DNA of 64,000 nucleotides from Octopus sinensis (GCF_006345805.1 NC_042997.1:83390001-83454000), one strand, 5' to 3'. Counted from the first letter of the stretch, positions 1 to 13,077 are shown. The notes: generated from the letters alone by a model not told the origin. Translations and numbers: made by a program.

Positions 1-1289
1 CAACCACATGATCTTGAGCTCAATCCCACTGTATAGCACTTTGAGTAAGTGTTTTCTACAGCCTGAAATGTTGGTGGATGGGAAGTGTACAGAAGCCTGT
101 GTGTATATAGGCATTTGTGTGTATATACATACAATGTGTGTGAATGTATATATATATATATATATATAATATATATATATATATATAATATATGCATGTA
201 AGTGTGCATGCATGTATATGTATGTGTTTGTCTCCACATGCCTTCACATTGGTACCATTTGGACAGTTGCACCATTTACTTATAATTTGTTCAAAGAACA
301 TGTCCAGCAGCTCAAGCAATTCAACATGTTAAGACCAACAGAATAGAGTACCTTACTTGAAAATCAAGTAAACTTTGGCATCAAGGTCATTCAGCTACAA
401 AGGAATGTCACAACCCATGCCAACATGGAAAATGTGAACATAAAAACAATGATGATGTTGATGATAAAGTAAATTCATAACAAAGTAAATGTCAGCTTAA
501 ACAGCAATAAAATAAATGTTCTACTTTTTAAGGGTCAATTTCATGAATGGCAATATTTTTTTTGTTTTTTTTTATTAAAATCTAAAAATCAATATTTTGA
601 GAGAAGTGAAGATGCCTTCTTTGCTAGCTGGTAATAGGATCAATATTTTCACTGAATGAAACAAAACGTAAATAAATACATAAGCCTCACTCTAGTGATG
701 ATATACTCATTAACTTATATTGATTGTCAGGTAAGAACATTGTTATTGGCAAATAATGAATATATTTTCATAAATATCTTTGGGCAGCTGTCATTATTTA
801 ATGATTTTGTTTGCGATTTTGAAATTTTTTTAATTATTTCCATTTTTTCTCTCAGACATTGACATAAGTCCACATAGGCCTGGACTTGAATAAAAGAATA
901 TATCTTCTTAACAGAAGTTGTGTAGAATAATGTTATGAACATGATAATGGTAATATTAATGAGTTCAGGACTAAAGAATTGATTTCCAGAGCACATAAGA
1001 AGCAACTGCTTGGTAATCTACATTAATTTTCAAGTTATTTATAGCTTGTTTTTAATGTTTGCCCTGAATAATGGCATGACTAAATATCTTTTATTTTGTT
1101 TTGTTTTTAACTTCAAAATAGCTAATATAAATACCAGTAATGTGTTGAGAATTAGATCATCTGATAGCATTCCTTTATAGAGTATGACTGAGTCGTAATG
1201 TTAAAATGATCGTTATTATTGTCAATGTTGGAAGAATCAATAGAGCTGCCTAATAGTAATTAGCAGCATCCTTTTATCTATTTCTCCTT

Positions 1290-1512
1290 TAGTTTTTACT
1301 TCTTTCAGTCATTGGACTGTGGCCATGCTGGGGCACCACCATCAAGAGCATACTCAAACAAATTAACCCTATTATGTATTTTTTTTTAAAGTTAGGTGCA
1401 TATTCAACTGGTCTCTTTTGCCAAGCTGGTAACTCACAGGCATGTAAACAAACCATCAACAGTTTTCAAGTGGAGAGAGAAGGGAGCAAACAAGCACAAA
1501 GAGACACACACA
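1290..1512 (-). mobile_element. SINE family A, 3' half
   Basis: tttcagtcattggactgtggccatgctggggcacc similarity to 1651-2069. Confidence 0.8.
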
Positions 1513-1650
1513 CATAACAACATATATATATATAAAAAAACATAACAATATATATATATACTAGCAGAGATACCCGACATTACCCATGTTACATGCAATT
1601 GAAGAATTAGACTTTTCTGTTATATTTTCTGTAATGAACTGGAATACCTA

Positions 1651-1853
1651 TACTCTTTACTTTTACTCTTTTACTTCTTTCAGTCATTTTGACTGCGGCC
1701 ATGCTGGAGCACCGCCTTTAGTCGAGCAAATCGACCCCGGGACTTATTCTTTGTAAGCCCAGTACTTATTCTATCGGTCTCTTTTGCCGAACCGCTAAGT
1801 AACAGGGACGTAAACACACCAGCATCGGTTGTCAAGCAATGCTAGGGGGACAA

Positions 1854-1904
<51 letters not shown>

Positions 1905-2069
1905 TACGACAGGCTTCTTTCAGTTTCCGTCTACCAAATCCACTCACAAGGCATTGGTCGGCCCGGGGTTATAGCAGAAGACACTTGCCCAAGATGCCAC
2001 ACAGTGGGACTGAGCCCGGGATCATGTGGTTGGTTAGCAAGCTACTTACCACACAGCCACTCCTACGCC
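1651..2069 (-). mobile_element. SINE family A (tRNA head, CORE-like ttgggcaagt segment, internal microsatellite, (tcttttac)n-type tail), near full length and young
   Basis: Head gtggctgtgtggtaag...cagtcccactgtgtggcatcttgggcaagtgtcttc; tail ggcggtgctccagcatggccgcagtcaaaatgactgaaa. More than 20 related copies in the window. Confidence 0.9.
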
Positions 2070-3571
2070 TATGTTTTGAATTTCATCAAAATTGCAGATG
2101 AGGGTTATTGTAATCATGCTACATGTATCCCATACTACTGATTTTTATGCACATATTCTAAAATTCCAGTCTTATAGAACCTGTTAAAAGGATTTTACTC
2201 CTGAAAAATGGAGGACATGGAGCTCTAAAAATGTGAGAATTAAGGCACCTATTGGGAGTGGGTGTCTTAATGTCAACCAGAGAAGCTGAATTGTTGAGAA
2301 TCTTTTTAACTTGGGTCTTATATCTATTGTTCGAATTTCTTTGAAATAGGAAATATATGTTCACTGGGTTTGTAAAAGAGAGCAAAGCTACAGGAAACCA
2401 ATAAACGAATGATCACAATAAGCAGTCAGCTACCCTACCCTAGTAATTACCACTCCCAATGTAGGATTCTTCACCATCCAGGTGACAGGCACAGCTGTAA
2501 GATGCATTATGAATCTATAGCAATTGGAAGGGCGTGACCCAACTGAAATAAACATTAAAAACTGTGTGACGTGAAGGCTAAGGAGAAATGAAAGAGTTAC
2601 CTCTGGAGTTTGCTAATGACCACTATACTGATACGTAACTGGGCAGAATAAATTTACAACCTATAAATGTCTTTGAATAACCAGTCACTCATCTGGGAAG
2701 GCCTTGAAATCAATGTTACCATCTGGGGACTACGTGAGACCCAGTGATAATAAAAAGATTGAAAGGAGGTCTGCAACCAAATAACTTTACTCAACACTTT
2801 GCAACTGAATCAGTGGAGGCAAAGATGTCTCTCATTTATTTGACAATTTATGCACCACATTGCAGAAATCACAATCTAAGTACATGTCAAAGCAAACTCT
2901 TACACTGTTGTACCATTGAATTACAAATAATGCTCATCTTTTATGCTCGGGTGACCCTACAGCTTCCAAGAGTACAACTGTATTCATCTTTGCTTAGATA
3001 AAATGACTAAATTGTGGGTGTTAAGTCCCTATGAAGGGGTCTTTCTAACTTGTAAGAAGATGAAATTTTATAAATATTACTTCATTTGTGTCTAATATCT
3101 ATGGTTAAAATTTCATCAACAGCAAAAATATATGAATTGTCATGGGGGTTATGACATTCCAAATTTTGTAATGATCCATTCAGTACTTTTGACTTAGTTT
3201 TGGATCATAAAAGGTGAAATGGAAACTTTGAGAATACTTCTGATATGTGTCAATTACCTATGATTGAAATTTCACCAACATCGAAAATTTATGAATTTTC
3301 AAGGGGGTTCTGCCCCCTCTAAGCCATCTGAAATTCAAACCAAACATATTGCATTATACCTGCCCTTATGCATTGAATCTAAGTTTCAAATATCATAAGG
3401 ATCCATTCAGTAATTTTGGTTCATGAAATTGTATGAAACATACAGCATTACCCTTCTCCCTAGGCTTGGATTTAGTGTTCCAAATTTCATTATGATTGGT
3501 GCAGCAGTTTTTGAATGTATAAGACATTGACTTTAATATAACAGAAATGAATATGCACATATACATACATG

Positions 3572-3602
<31 letters not shown>

Positions 3603-3765
3603 ATTATATATACACACACACAAAGATAAATTGATAGATACAACTGAGTGGGCAAACAAAAATATGAGACACAGCCTAGTGATTTTTTTTATGTTGATAA
3701 GCCGGGTACTTATTCTATTAGTTTCCTCTTGTGAAACCAGTAAGTTATGGGGATGTAAATAAATG

Positions 3766-3819
<54 letters not shown>

Positions 3820-3820
<1 letters not shown>

Positions 3821-4295
3821 CATCATCATCATCATTTAACATCTGCTTTCCATGCTAGCATGGGTTGGACGATTTGACTGAGGTTTGACAAACCAGACTC
3901 CAATCTGATCTGGCAGAGCTTCTACAGCTGGATGCCCTTCCACTCCGAGAGTGCAAACCACTCCAAGAGTGTAGTGGGTACTTTTACGTGCTACCAGCAC
4001 GAGGGCCAGTTTGGTGGTACTGGCAACGGCCATGCCCAAATAGTGCTTTTTACGTGCCACCTGCACAGGAGCCAGTCCAGCGGCACTGGCGATGACCTCA
4101 CTCAAATGTATCACGTGTCACCAGCACAAGTGCTAGTAAGGTGACGCGGTAACGAGCACGCTCGAATGGTGTGCTTAAATGTGCCATCGGCATGAAGGCC
4201 AGCTTGTGGCTCTGGCAACGATCTCACTTTTATGGTACTCTTAGCGCTCCACTAGCAATGGATGCCAGTCATCGAGTTTGATTTCGACTTTGATT
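3820..4295 (-). mobile_element. Repeat family C ((GAT)n-tailed non-LTR-type repeat with internal cttttacgtgccacc-like units)
   Basis: (cat)n ttaacatctgctttccatgctagcatgggttggacg. Related copies at about 33830-34085, 42415-42555, 44640-44845, 50510-50700, 52358-52732 and 53860-53985. Confidence 0.75.
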
Positions 4296-4423
4296 TCAAA
4301 AAAAAGAAATCATTGTTCTAAAGCATAATGATACTAACCAATGGTTCAAGAACTGGTCTATCTTCAATGAAAGCTGCAGGGAGGTCATCTTCTGGTTGCT
4401 CTTTGCCTTCCAAAAGATTAGTC

Positions 4424-4470
<47 letters not shown>

Positions 4471-4551
4471 TGTGTGTATATATATATATATATATGTACA
4501 TGTGTGTATATATATATATATGTACATGTGTGTATATATATATATATGTAC

Positions 4552-4588
<37 letters not shown>
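4424..4588. repeat. Compound (TA)n / tgtacatgtgtg minisatellite
   Basis: Four tgtacatgtgtg units embedded in (TA)n. Confidence 0.95.
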
Positions 4589-4591
<3 letters not shown>

Positions 4592-4753
4592 TGGTTGTAT
4601 AAAGTCAACATAACGTGACAGTCCCGTAGAGGGAATTACACCAATGTTATATAGCCCTAGGAAGCATTGACGCTTCCTGTTGGCTTTGACACATTCCTGT
4701 GTCCGTATATTTGCAAGGGGGAGGCAAGCACCCCCACCAGCTAGAACTAGCAA

Positions 4754-4799
4754 CCTGGAGACATGCATGTTTCTGGGTCTTGTCCGTCGTCAGTCCAGG
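4754..4799 (-). ncRNA. Type I hammerhead ribozyme motif (stem II imperfect)
   Basis: cctgga CTGACGA cggacaagaccca GAA ACATGCATGT C tccagg: 6-bp stem I, palindromic stem III, GUC cleavage triplet. Confidence 0.7.
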
Positions 4800-5354
4800 G
4801 TAGCGTGTCCTCGCTAGCGGTGACACTTACCAAGCCCTCGCAAATATATCTATTTACAGTGAAATTTATTCACTGGTCACCGTAATTAGAAATATTGAAT
4901 TTCTAAATGTCTCAACGAGACATGAGCGGTGGTGGAGCGATAGAGTGGTTGTGTGAAGTCAGCATAACCGCGAAAACTAGCAGCCATGAAGGGGCGCCTC
5001 TCATCTCTTGGAGAAGGAATACTTAGTTGTAGGTATAAGAAACCTAATTGAGGGAGAGATATGTTGCAGATTTAGGGGAGATGCGTGAGCCAAATTTATC
5101 GTAGACATCAATAAGCAATAGGAACTATAGAATTATATATATATTTAACATGAGACGTGAGGCTGAAATAGACAGAGTCAAACAGAATAGAGATAAACTA
5201 AAAAGGTTAATCAATTGCGCAGAAATATTACTAGGTAGTTAACGGGTTGAATTTAAAGGAATGCTTATCAGTGGTTCAATATATATATGTACATGTATAT
5301 ATGTATAAACATATATGTGTGTGTGTAAATATTTATATATGTATATATATGCAT

Positions 5355-5459
<105 letters not shown>

Positions 5460-5509
5460 ATGTGTATATATCTATATGTGTGTGTGTGTATGTATGTATG
5501 TATGTATCT

Positions 5510-5670
5510 ATAGATGACAGACTTCCACTAGATTCCAGGATCCAAATTTACTCACAATGCATTGATTGAAACAAGGCTCTAGCAAAAAAAACACTTCCCA
5601 AGGCACCATGCATGGAGATTGAACCCAAAACTGAGTGCTTTCCAAGTATGCTTCTTAACCACACACCCAT
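5510..5670 (-). mobile_element. SINE family A, head half
   Basis: acacttcccaaggcaccatgcatggagattgaaccc...cttaaccacac. Confidence 0.75.
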
Positions 5671-6769
5671 GCATTTATATCCCAAGTACAAACCACACAC
5701 ATAGATAGACTGAAGCTTTCATCCTATTTAACTAACACCCAGCACCTGCCATCTCCACATGCAACAGAAAGGAAAAGTGGAACCCTGTGCCAGTGCTAGA
5801 AATAACTCAGTAAACTCATTTTGAACCTTTGTAACATGAATCAACAAATTTATTGCCAGTTCAAGCTTACAATGGAATTTTTTCTGATGTATGTTAAATA
5901 ACTCCAGTTTTCAACATGACAAGATAATGGTTTGAAATTTACACTTATTTATAACTACTTCATAACATAAAATACATACATAAATAAAATAGTTTTAACT
6001 ACGTAAATTTTAAAAGGTTACATTTGGCTAGAGAATATATCATAGCAAATAAATGGCATTCAATAATTATTAGAGCAACTAAATAGTAAAATGTTGGTAA
6101 ACTGATGCTATAACATGCCATGTACAATTTTCTTTTCACAATAACAGACCAGACTCTTCCAAGTCAGATACTCTAATTAGTAGGATATTGTCAAACTGAA
6201 AGACTCAGGCAGGAAAAATTCAATTGACTGATCACTTTTGACAGGCTGAGCATTTGGTGATGTAGCTTTATACACCAGACTACAAATGAAAATCAGTATA
6301 CAATGTAGTAATTGAACCCTTTATGACTGGAGTGAAACTGACTGAAACTAAAGACAGCCCCCAAATATAGATTGCTCACCCTATTTGAACATCTCTAACA
6401 GATGAAAACTAGACAAACCCTTTCATGCATTTTGTTAACTGTTATAGCATTCCACCACATCCTTTTATTAAAGTCTGCTGTCTCAAAAGCTCTAGAAATC
6501 CCAATACACACTTTGGTCTGAGCATTTGGTGATTTAGACCTTTACATCAGGTGGATGGGTGTCAGATTCAACAGAACTTTGAAAACAAAATATATTATGA
6601 TACAGAGAAAACAATGGTGCCTGTTGTGGCCCCTGACCATACCAGCTCTGGTCAAACCATCCAGCCAATATGAGCATGGAAAATGGATGTTAAATGATGA
6701 TGATAGCTTCAAATCTCTTATAAATTGCACTAATTTACAAGAAAGAACTTCAAATTCCTTTGGCTGCCA

Positions 6770-6993
6770 ACCCTTTTGGTACCAACCCACCTGAGACCAC
6801 CCTTGGTTCTGTGATACAAACTTCTCATCTTAAAATGATCTAAATGAAAATCTTCCATCAAAATTTCATAATTTATATTCCAAAACACAAGCTTAATAAG
6901 AACACAATTATTTTAATAAATTCTTTATTGGTTTCAAAATTAATTGAAACAAAGGCAGAGCATTTCAACAGAAATATGGTAACAAAAGTGTTA
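6770..6993. mobile_element. Second piggyBac-like MITE family (cccttttg...aacaaaagggttaa ends)
   Basis: Related copies at 19822-20376 (interrupted) and about 52027-52190 (reverse). Confidence 0.6.
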
Positions 6994-7367
6994 AGTAGAC
7001 AAGATAATGTGGGTATGATATTAGTTCATCACAGATAATACTCAAAGTAGGTTTGATAGCTCTTTCCTCAACAAGGTAAATTGGATTCAGTAAAGTTAAG
7101 TGCTATGTTTGAAAACAAATATAATCATAGTCCCACTACTTCCAAGTGTTGGCAGCATAATCTCCCTACTACCTAAGCCATTCTATTTCCAAACAAGCAG
7201 TCCAATTCATAGATGTGTGAGAAATGAATTTAATACTTAATATGGTATAATACTATTTGTGCCAGACAAGTGAAAGTAGATCACTCAACATGCTAGATCA
7301 AACAGTCAAATTACCTTTAAATACCACCCTACTATTTTAAAGATGAGATCTAAGACTGAACAACATA

Positions 7368-7588
7368 TTGGTTTTAAATTTCGGCACAATGCCAGCAATT
7401 TCAAGGACGGGGCTAAGTCATATTAAATCAACCCCAGTGCTCAACTGGTACTTATTTTATCAATTCTGAAAGGACGAAAAGCCAAGTTGACCCCAACGGC
7501 ATATGAAGCCAGAAAGTAAAGATAGACAAAATGGCACTAAGTATTTTGCCCAGCATGCTAATGATTCTGCCAGCTCACTGCCTTCATT
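7368..7588 (-). mobile_element. SINE family B (tRNA head plus Deu/Nin-like central domain)
   Basis: Minus strand resembles ggcgagctggcagaatcgttagca...gagttcaaatt..gccgaggtcgactttgcctttcatcc...gataaaataagtacc. Confidence 0.75.
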
Positions 7589-7889
7589 CAACAACAAAAT
7601 ATTAAAAATTACACAATGTCTGAAAATAAAAGAAAAGACGATCATATGTGAAAAGCTTTTGGTCATAAGTCTTCTCAACTAAGGTTAACTTGAGACTAAA
7701 CAAAAAACAACAACAATGAAATATGCTTGCAAAATATACCAAGTGAACATATTTGTGTGTGTGTTTTAAGTGACTTTCTATGCTTCAACACCATATGATT
7801 TCACTTGCCAAATAAAGCATAATTCTGGTACACATAAAAACAGTATACTGGTAATCCTGAAGAGAAAGAAAATATTCAAAACATCTTAC

Positions 7890-8011
7890 TTGTTTGCAAA
7901 TGTGGTGATGACCTTCTGCATACATTTCCGAATGCTAATAATGAACCCATCATGAAGGCTAAGAGGGCGATACCAACTCAATACATAATCTCGTATTAAA
8001 TAATCAAGCAC
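7890..8011 (-). CDS. SNX13: SNX13 coding exon 4 (VLDYLIRDYVLSWYRPLSLHDGFIISIRKCMQKVITTFAN+AA), PXA domain; gene continues left of window
   Basis: Acceptor tttgtttttcattcacag|, donor AA|gtaaga. 122 nt. RDYV..WY..LS....F...IR...Q.....FA PXA signature. Confidence 0.95.
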
Positions 8012-8802
8012 CTGTGAATGAAAAACAAATTATGAGTGTGTGCTGCATGTGCATCTGTATATGTTGATGTGTGCTTACATCAGTGCCTACATGCCTGTCA
8101 TATTGATTTCAAATTTTGGCACAGCAATTTGGGGATTGAGGTAAGTTGATTACTGTAAAAACCCATGTAAATTGTGCACCTATGTAATTTACACAGGTAA
8201 TTTTCATGATAAAATTTAAGAAAAGCTTCTACTCATGTAAAATTCACACCTAAAAGTTTTCAGAATTGCCAATATTGCCAGGGGAAAAAGGTTTTCAGTT
8301 TAGTTGTATTTAGCATAATTTCACTTATGATAAGATTTTATTAAATTTTCATTAAATACGAATAATTTCTGTTTAACAGGTATCACATTGAAAGCTATTA
8401 AATTACAAAGTATTTGTGTTGTTTATAATAAACTTTATTTTACATTTCTTTCCCACAAGAGATTATGTCCGATCTTTAGCATATTGATGTATGTCTTCTC
8501 AAATCACGATCACAGGAAAAGTTGTTGATAAGAATTACCAACAAAAACAAAGCTGATAAATATATGCACAGGTGTTGCAAATTAGTTACCAACAAACATC
8601 AGCTTGAATGACACTTTATTTGACTGACAGAAGGTGACCGATCAAACTGATTATGTAAACAGAACTCTTTTCCTCCTATTCTTATCAGAACCTTTGATAC
8701 AGAGTACTGAAATTTTAATCCCTTTCACATTTATAAAATGTCAAGCAAACTTTAAAATTTGTCATTACCATTATTGTCAGTATGAGCAGAACTTATGAAT
8801 CA

Positions 8803-9185
8803 TCTCTCTCTATATAAACGGCAGTTTGTCTGTGCGTGTTTCTGTGTGTCTGTTTCTTGTACCCTCACCCTGACCACGGCTTTCAACCGATTCTGATGAA
8901 ACTTGACACACACATAGCCCAATGTCATAATTCAAAACTAATGCAGCGAAAATTTTGAAAAGTTCCCCCAGTTCTGAAAAAAATCGATAAATTCGACATG
9001 GGGTCAAGAATCAGAAACACAAACCACAAACTGTCTAGGGGACGCAACTCCACCTTTTTTAACTCTCAAAAAAAATTTACCATCATTTTTTTCCATTTTT
9101 TTGCTATTTTTTGGCTATAACTCTCTAAAAATGCTTTATAGTTATTTCCCTTACAAACCTGAGCAACGCCGGGCGATACTGCTAG
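8803..9185 (+). mobile_element. Non-autonomous Helitron/Helentron-like element
   Basis: 5' tctctctatataaa, internal accgattctgatgaaacttg, 3' gcaacgccgggcgatactgCTAG followed by t. Confidence 0.7.
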
Positions 9186-9603
9186 TTTACTATAAAGGAG
9201 AAATTAAATATGTTGAAAATGCATTTGAATGTGGCAATAGAACCAATGTTCGAAACAGCAGAAAACATTTTTACATGCATACTTATGTATATATGAATGC
9301 TTACATAAATGCATAAAGTTCATGTGCTCAAGAGCTAACAAAGCAGAAGATATGCATAAACACACACAATAACTATTATTGTAATCATTTGTCATAACTC
9401 TTATGATTCTCTTTTAAGCACACAAACTTTTATACCATATTATTATTAGATATCCAGATTTGCATGCATTATTAATGAATTCTCATTAAAGTGTGCAATT
9501 TTTCCATTTACGTATTCTGCTGACAATCACAAAACTTTCACCAGTTGTATAATTTTGAATAATCGAATAAAACAAAAAGGAAAAAAGGGTTTGTACTACT
9601 TAC

Positions 9604-9693
9604 TTCTTGCAATGCTTCATCAATTACACTAGCTCCAGTCATTCTGCGATCAAAATTGCGATACCTGCCGGTATTTTGCATTATGTTTTTTAC
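9604..9693 (-). CDS. SNX13: SNX13 coding exon 3 (VKNIMQNTGRYRNFDRRMTGASVIDEALQE), PXA domain start
   Basis: Acceptor ttttctctgcattctag|, donor GAA|gtaagt. 90 nt, phase 0/0. FDRRMTGASVIDEALQE matches SNX13 IDRRLTGANIIDEPLQQ. Confidence 0.95.
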
Positions 9694-9844
9694 CTAGAAT
9701 GCAGAGAAAAGATAACCTCACAATATATAATCGATAGGATTATCAACAAATGATCTCAAAATGAAATTGCTAAAACATACTAAAAGGTCTAGTGAGACTT
9801 TTCCCTAAATAAACCCCAATACTTACATTTTTTTAAAGCTTGAT

Positions 9845-10082
9845 ACTGATTCTAACGGTCTCTTTTTGCCAAACTACTAAGTTATTTATGTGGGGCGGGG
9901 GACACAAAAGACACACAGAAATACACACACATAGGTGCTCCTTTCAATTTTCATCAACCAAATCCACTCTCAAAACTTTGGTTGGTCTGGAGCTATAGTA
10001 GAAGACACATCCCAAGGTGTCATGCAGTGGGACTGAACCCAGAATCATGTAGCTAGAAAGCAAACTTCTTACTACACAGCCT
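9845..10082 (-). mobile_element. SINE family A copy
   Basis: ggtctctttttgcc...aaatccactc...gggactgaacccagaatcatgt. Confidence 0.8.
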
Positions 10083-10109
10083 TAAATAAATAAAAAAAAT
10101 CAACATAGT

Positions 10110-10182
10110 AGTCCTCAGTAGGGATTGAACTCACAATCCCTGGTTTACAAGGCCAGTGCTCTAACCACTGAGCTAATGTAAG
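10110..10182 (-). pseudogene. tRNA-Thr(UGU)-like pseudogene/fragment
   Basis: Minus strand reads TAGCTCAGTGGTTAGAGCACTGGCCTTGTAAACCAGGGATTGTGAGTTCAATCCCTACTGAGGAC, with D arm and CT-TGT-AA anticodon loop. The 5' acceptor strand does not pair and the T and anticodon stems have mismatches. Confidence 0.8.
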
Positions 10183-10352
10183 ATTCAAGAATAAATTCAA
10201 AAGATTCTAAGAATTTTCCATTCTTCAACTTACATTTTAGAATTTTAGTATTTACTTAATTTTGCTTTAAAGTTGCAGACTTCCCTTAACCATCTGCTCT
10301 TGTTTCAAAGACACTATATTGTTGATATATCATTGGGGGGGGGGAAGAGAAG

Positions 10353-10393
<41 letters not shown>

Positions 10394-11511
10394 AAATATT
10401 TAAATTACTGGCCAATTGCTTCAGAGAATGTGAGTTCATTTGCTACTGTAAATGTTTTACTGTATTACTAGACAAGATATTTCAAATTACCTCGTTTACT
10501 GAAGCTGGGTCTTTATAATCACTTCGACTATTTTTCAAGCAATGAATCCCATTAAAACCCTCTAGACTGTACTATAACTACATACAGATTTTGTAGAGTA
10601 AAAACAGAGAATATGTAGAAGGTATGAATTAGAAGTGTTAAGCATTTCAGTCAAACTACAAGCATCCAGATTATGACAGAAGTTAAGGTTAATTACCAAA
10701 TGTAAGGAGTGTAAGATTTCTAGAAAGAATTTCTTTGAAATATAGTAGAAAGAAAATATTGAAAGAAAATTTCTCTAAGTTTTAGTGATCTGCTCATTCT
10801 TTGATTCAATAAAACATTAGTAATATTGGTGTAGGTGTGATTGTGTCTCTTGATTTCCCATAACTCAGCAGTTTGACAAATTGAAATTAATAAAATAAGT
10901 ACCAGACTGATATAAGTATTGGGATCAATATGATTGAAGACAGTTTCTAAACATGGCCAGAGTCAAAAGAATAAAAGAATACCAAAAATAGAAAGAGAGA
11001 AAAAAAAGAACCAGAACAGAAAGGAAAGTAAATTCTTATGGCTTCTAAAATCTTGCCAGTAACTGATTTCCAATGGATGCTGTAGAATTGTGTCAGTGAC
11101 CAGTTACAGAAATGCAATAAAATTGTTTGATACTTCATAATACACTGCACTGTTAAGAAATGAATGAAAAATGAAATGAACAATTTTTCTGTGTTCTTAA
11201 ATGCCTAAAATAGGCCTTGCTGAAGACAAATGCTTTAGTTCCAACAGTCTCGCAATTTGCCAAACAAGTACAAAAAAAAAACAAAACAAAAAAAACACAC
11301 ACACACACTAGTAGGATCAGTGCATTGAATAAAAATGCTTTGTAGTATTTTGTTCTGTAGCAATTATATCCTTTTATGTGCATTCAATTTTACCTCTCAT
11401 CCTTCTCGATAAACTGAGTACAAGATAAGAGTACCATATTATACAAATACAATGCAACCTCCAATATAATGCAACTCCACTGTCTGAAACATAAGAGTTA
11501 CAAATATATTT

Positions 11512-12046
11512 CATCTTTTACTTGTTTCAGTCATTTGCCTGTGGCCATGCTGGGGCTCCGCCTTGAAGGGTTTATTAGTTGAACAAATCAACTCCAGGAC
11601 TTATTTTTTATGCCTTGTACTTATTCTATCAGTCTCTTTTTGCCAAACCAGTAAGTTACAGGGATGTAAACACACTACTCAGCTGACAAAAATGAGTTAT
11701 ACCAGTATTTCAAAGGGTCAGCCTTGTCACAGCCCGTGTCACACTGAATCTCCCTGAGAACTACATTAAGGGTATGTGTATCTGTGGAGTGCTCAGCCAC
11801 TTTCACATTAATTTCATGAGCAGGCTGTTCTATTGACTGAATCAACTGGAACTCTCTTTGGCATAACCAATGGAGTTCCAACGTGTGTGAATGTGTGTGT
11901 ATATATGATGGGCTTCTTTCAGTTCCCATCTACCAGATCCACTCACAAGGCTTTGGTTAGCTCAAAGCTATAGTTGAAGACACTTGACCAAGATGTCACA
12001 CAGTCAGACTGAACCCAGAACTGTGTGATTGGGACACAAGCTTTTA
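11512..12046 (-). mobile_element. SINE family A copy with another repeat nested at about 11705-11878
   Basis: 3' half at 11512-11700 and head at 11900-12046 flank an unrelated segment also seen at about 43740-43850. Confidence 0.75.
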
Positions 12047-13077
12047 CACTAGTGTACAATGCTACCCTCACCACTAATTTTACCCCTGATATTTTTGTAT
12101 TAAATTTCTCACATTATATAATGCAAATAACCATATTTGGTCAAATATAATCAACAAACAACAAAATATCTTAGAACATAGTGTTCCAGTAAGGCTGTAG
12201 TATAGTGATTGAGATCAGTAAACAATGAGTGGACAAAGATTAGAGTTGAGCTATCAAAACATTGTCTAACTGCCCATTCTGTTGAGATGGAGTTTCTATC
12301 TCTACCCTTTTCACTAATGATATTTCATAATGACAGCTAAAAGTAGTACTTGATATTTAACTAACATTTCAAAGAATATCAGAAATCAATGTAGCTTGGT
12401 ATTTTTACAATTCCACCTTTAGGATGATTACTTTTCCTAGAAATCAATATTCTAAGAATTTCATTGAAAATCTTCATTTCAGTTTTTCTGCTCCACAGTT
12501 GGGATAATATCAGTAAATTTCTTAGATTTTTTTTTTTTTATATTAGAGGATTCCATAATTAGATGTCTGATTGAATTGCTTGACAGAGACCCGACAGTAC
12601 TAAAAAACATTTAACTCTTTAGCATTCAAATTTATTCACATTGCTTTTAATTAATCATGCATTATCTTGCTGTTTCAAGATTTCAATGATGTGATTGTTT
12701 ATTTTTAAGAATGATATTGTAGGGTCAGTATCAGAGGCCAGATCTACTCAGTTTGAACATAAAACAAGTAGAATATTTGGGCTGGATATGGCCAGTTCAA
12801 ATGTGACTGTGCTAAGGGTCACTGAATGATCTTTTAATCTACTGCTGTTGTTTACTTTTTTATTGTGATATCAATTGGTTCGTGGAATTTCATGAACTCA
12901 TGCATCCAAGCAATAACTTCATCATTGCTTTAACATCCATTTATGCTTGCAATACTAGGTGTAAGTCAGGTCCACAAGTACAACACAGTACAGCTTATTC
13001 ACTGCTCATTGCAATAGCTTGTCAACCTGTCAATATAGCCAAATATTTTGAAATGTCATAACACATACACACATACA

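Larger units (their letters stand above)
4296..5250 (-). mobile_element. Probable Penelope-like element 5' region (terminal repeat with hammerhead motif followed by decayed ORF start), split by a TA-rich minisatellite
   Basis: Hammerhead motif at 4754-4799 followed by [25 protein letters not shown], reminiscent of PLE ORF N-termini. GC-richer than the flanks. Confidence 0.5.

Noticed and set aside
265-340. LELLDMFFEQ resembling SNX13 LVDTFFE
   Set aside because: In-frame stop just upstream, no suitable acceptor, and it lies within a decayed SINE. The next true SNX13 exons were not found in the window.
10491-10561. Block ending in GAG|gtaatt
   Set aside because: Poor acceptor with no pyrimidine tract, and its phase is incompatible with the upstream exon.
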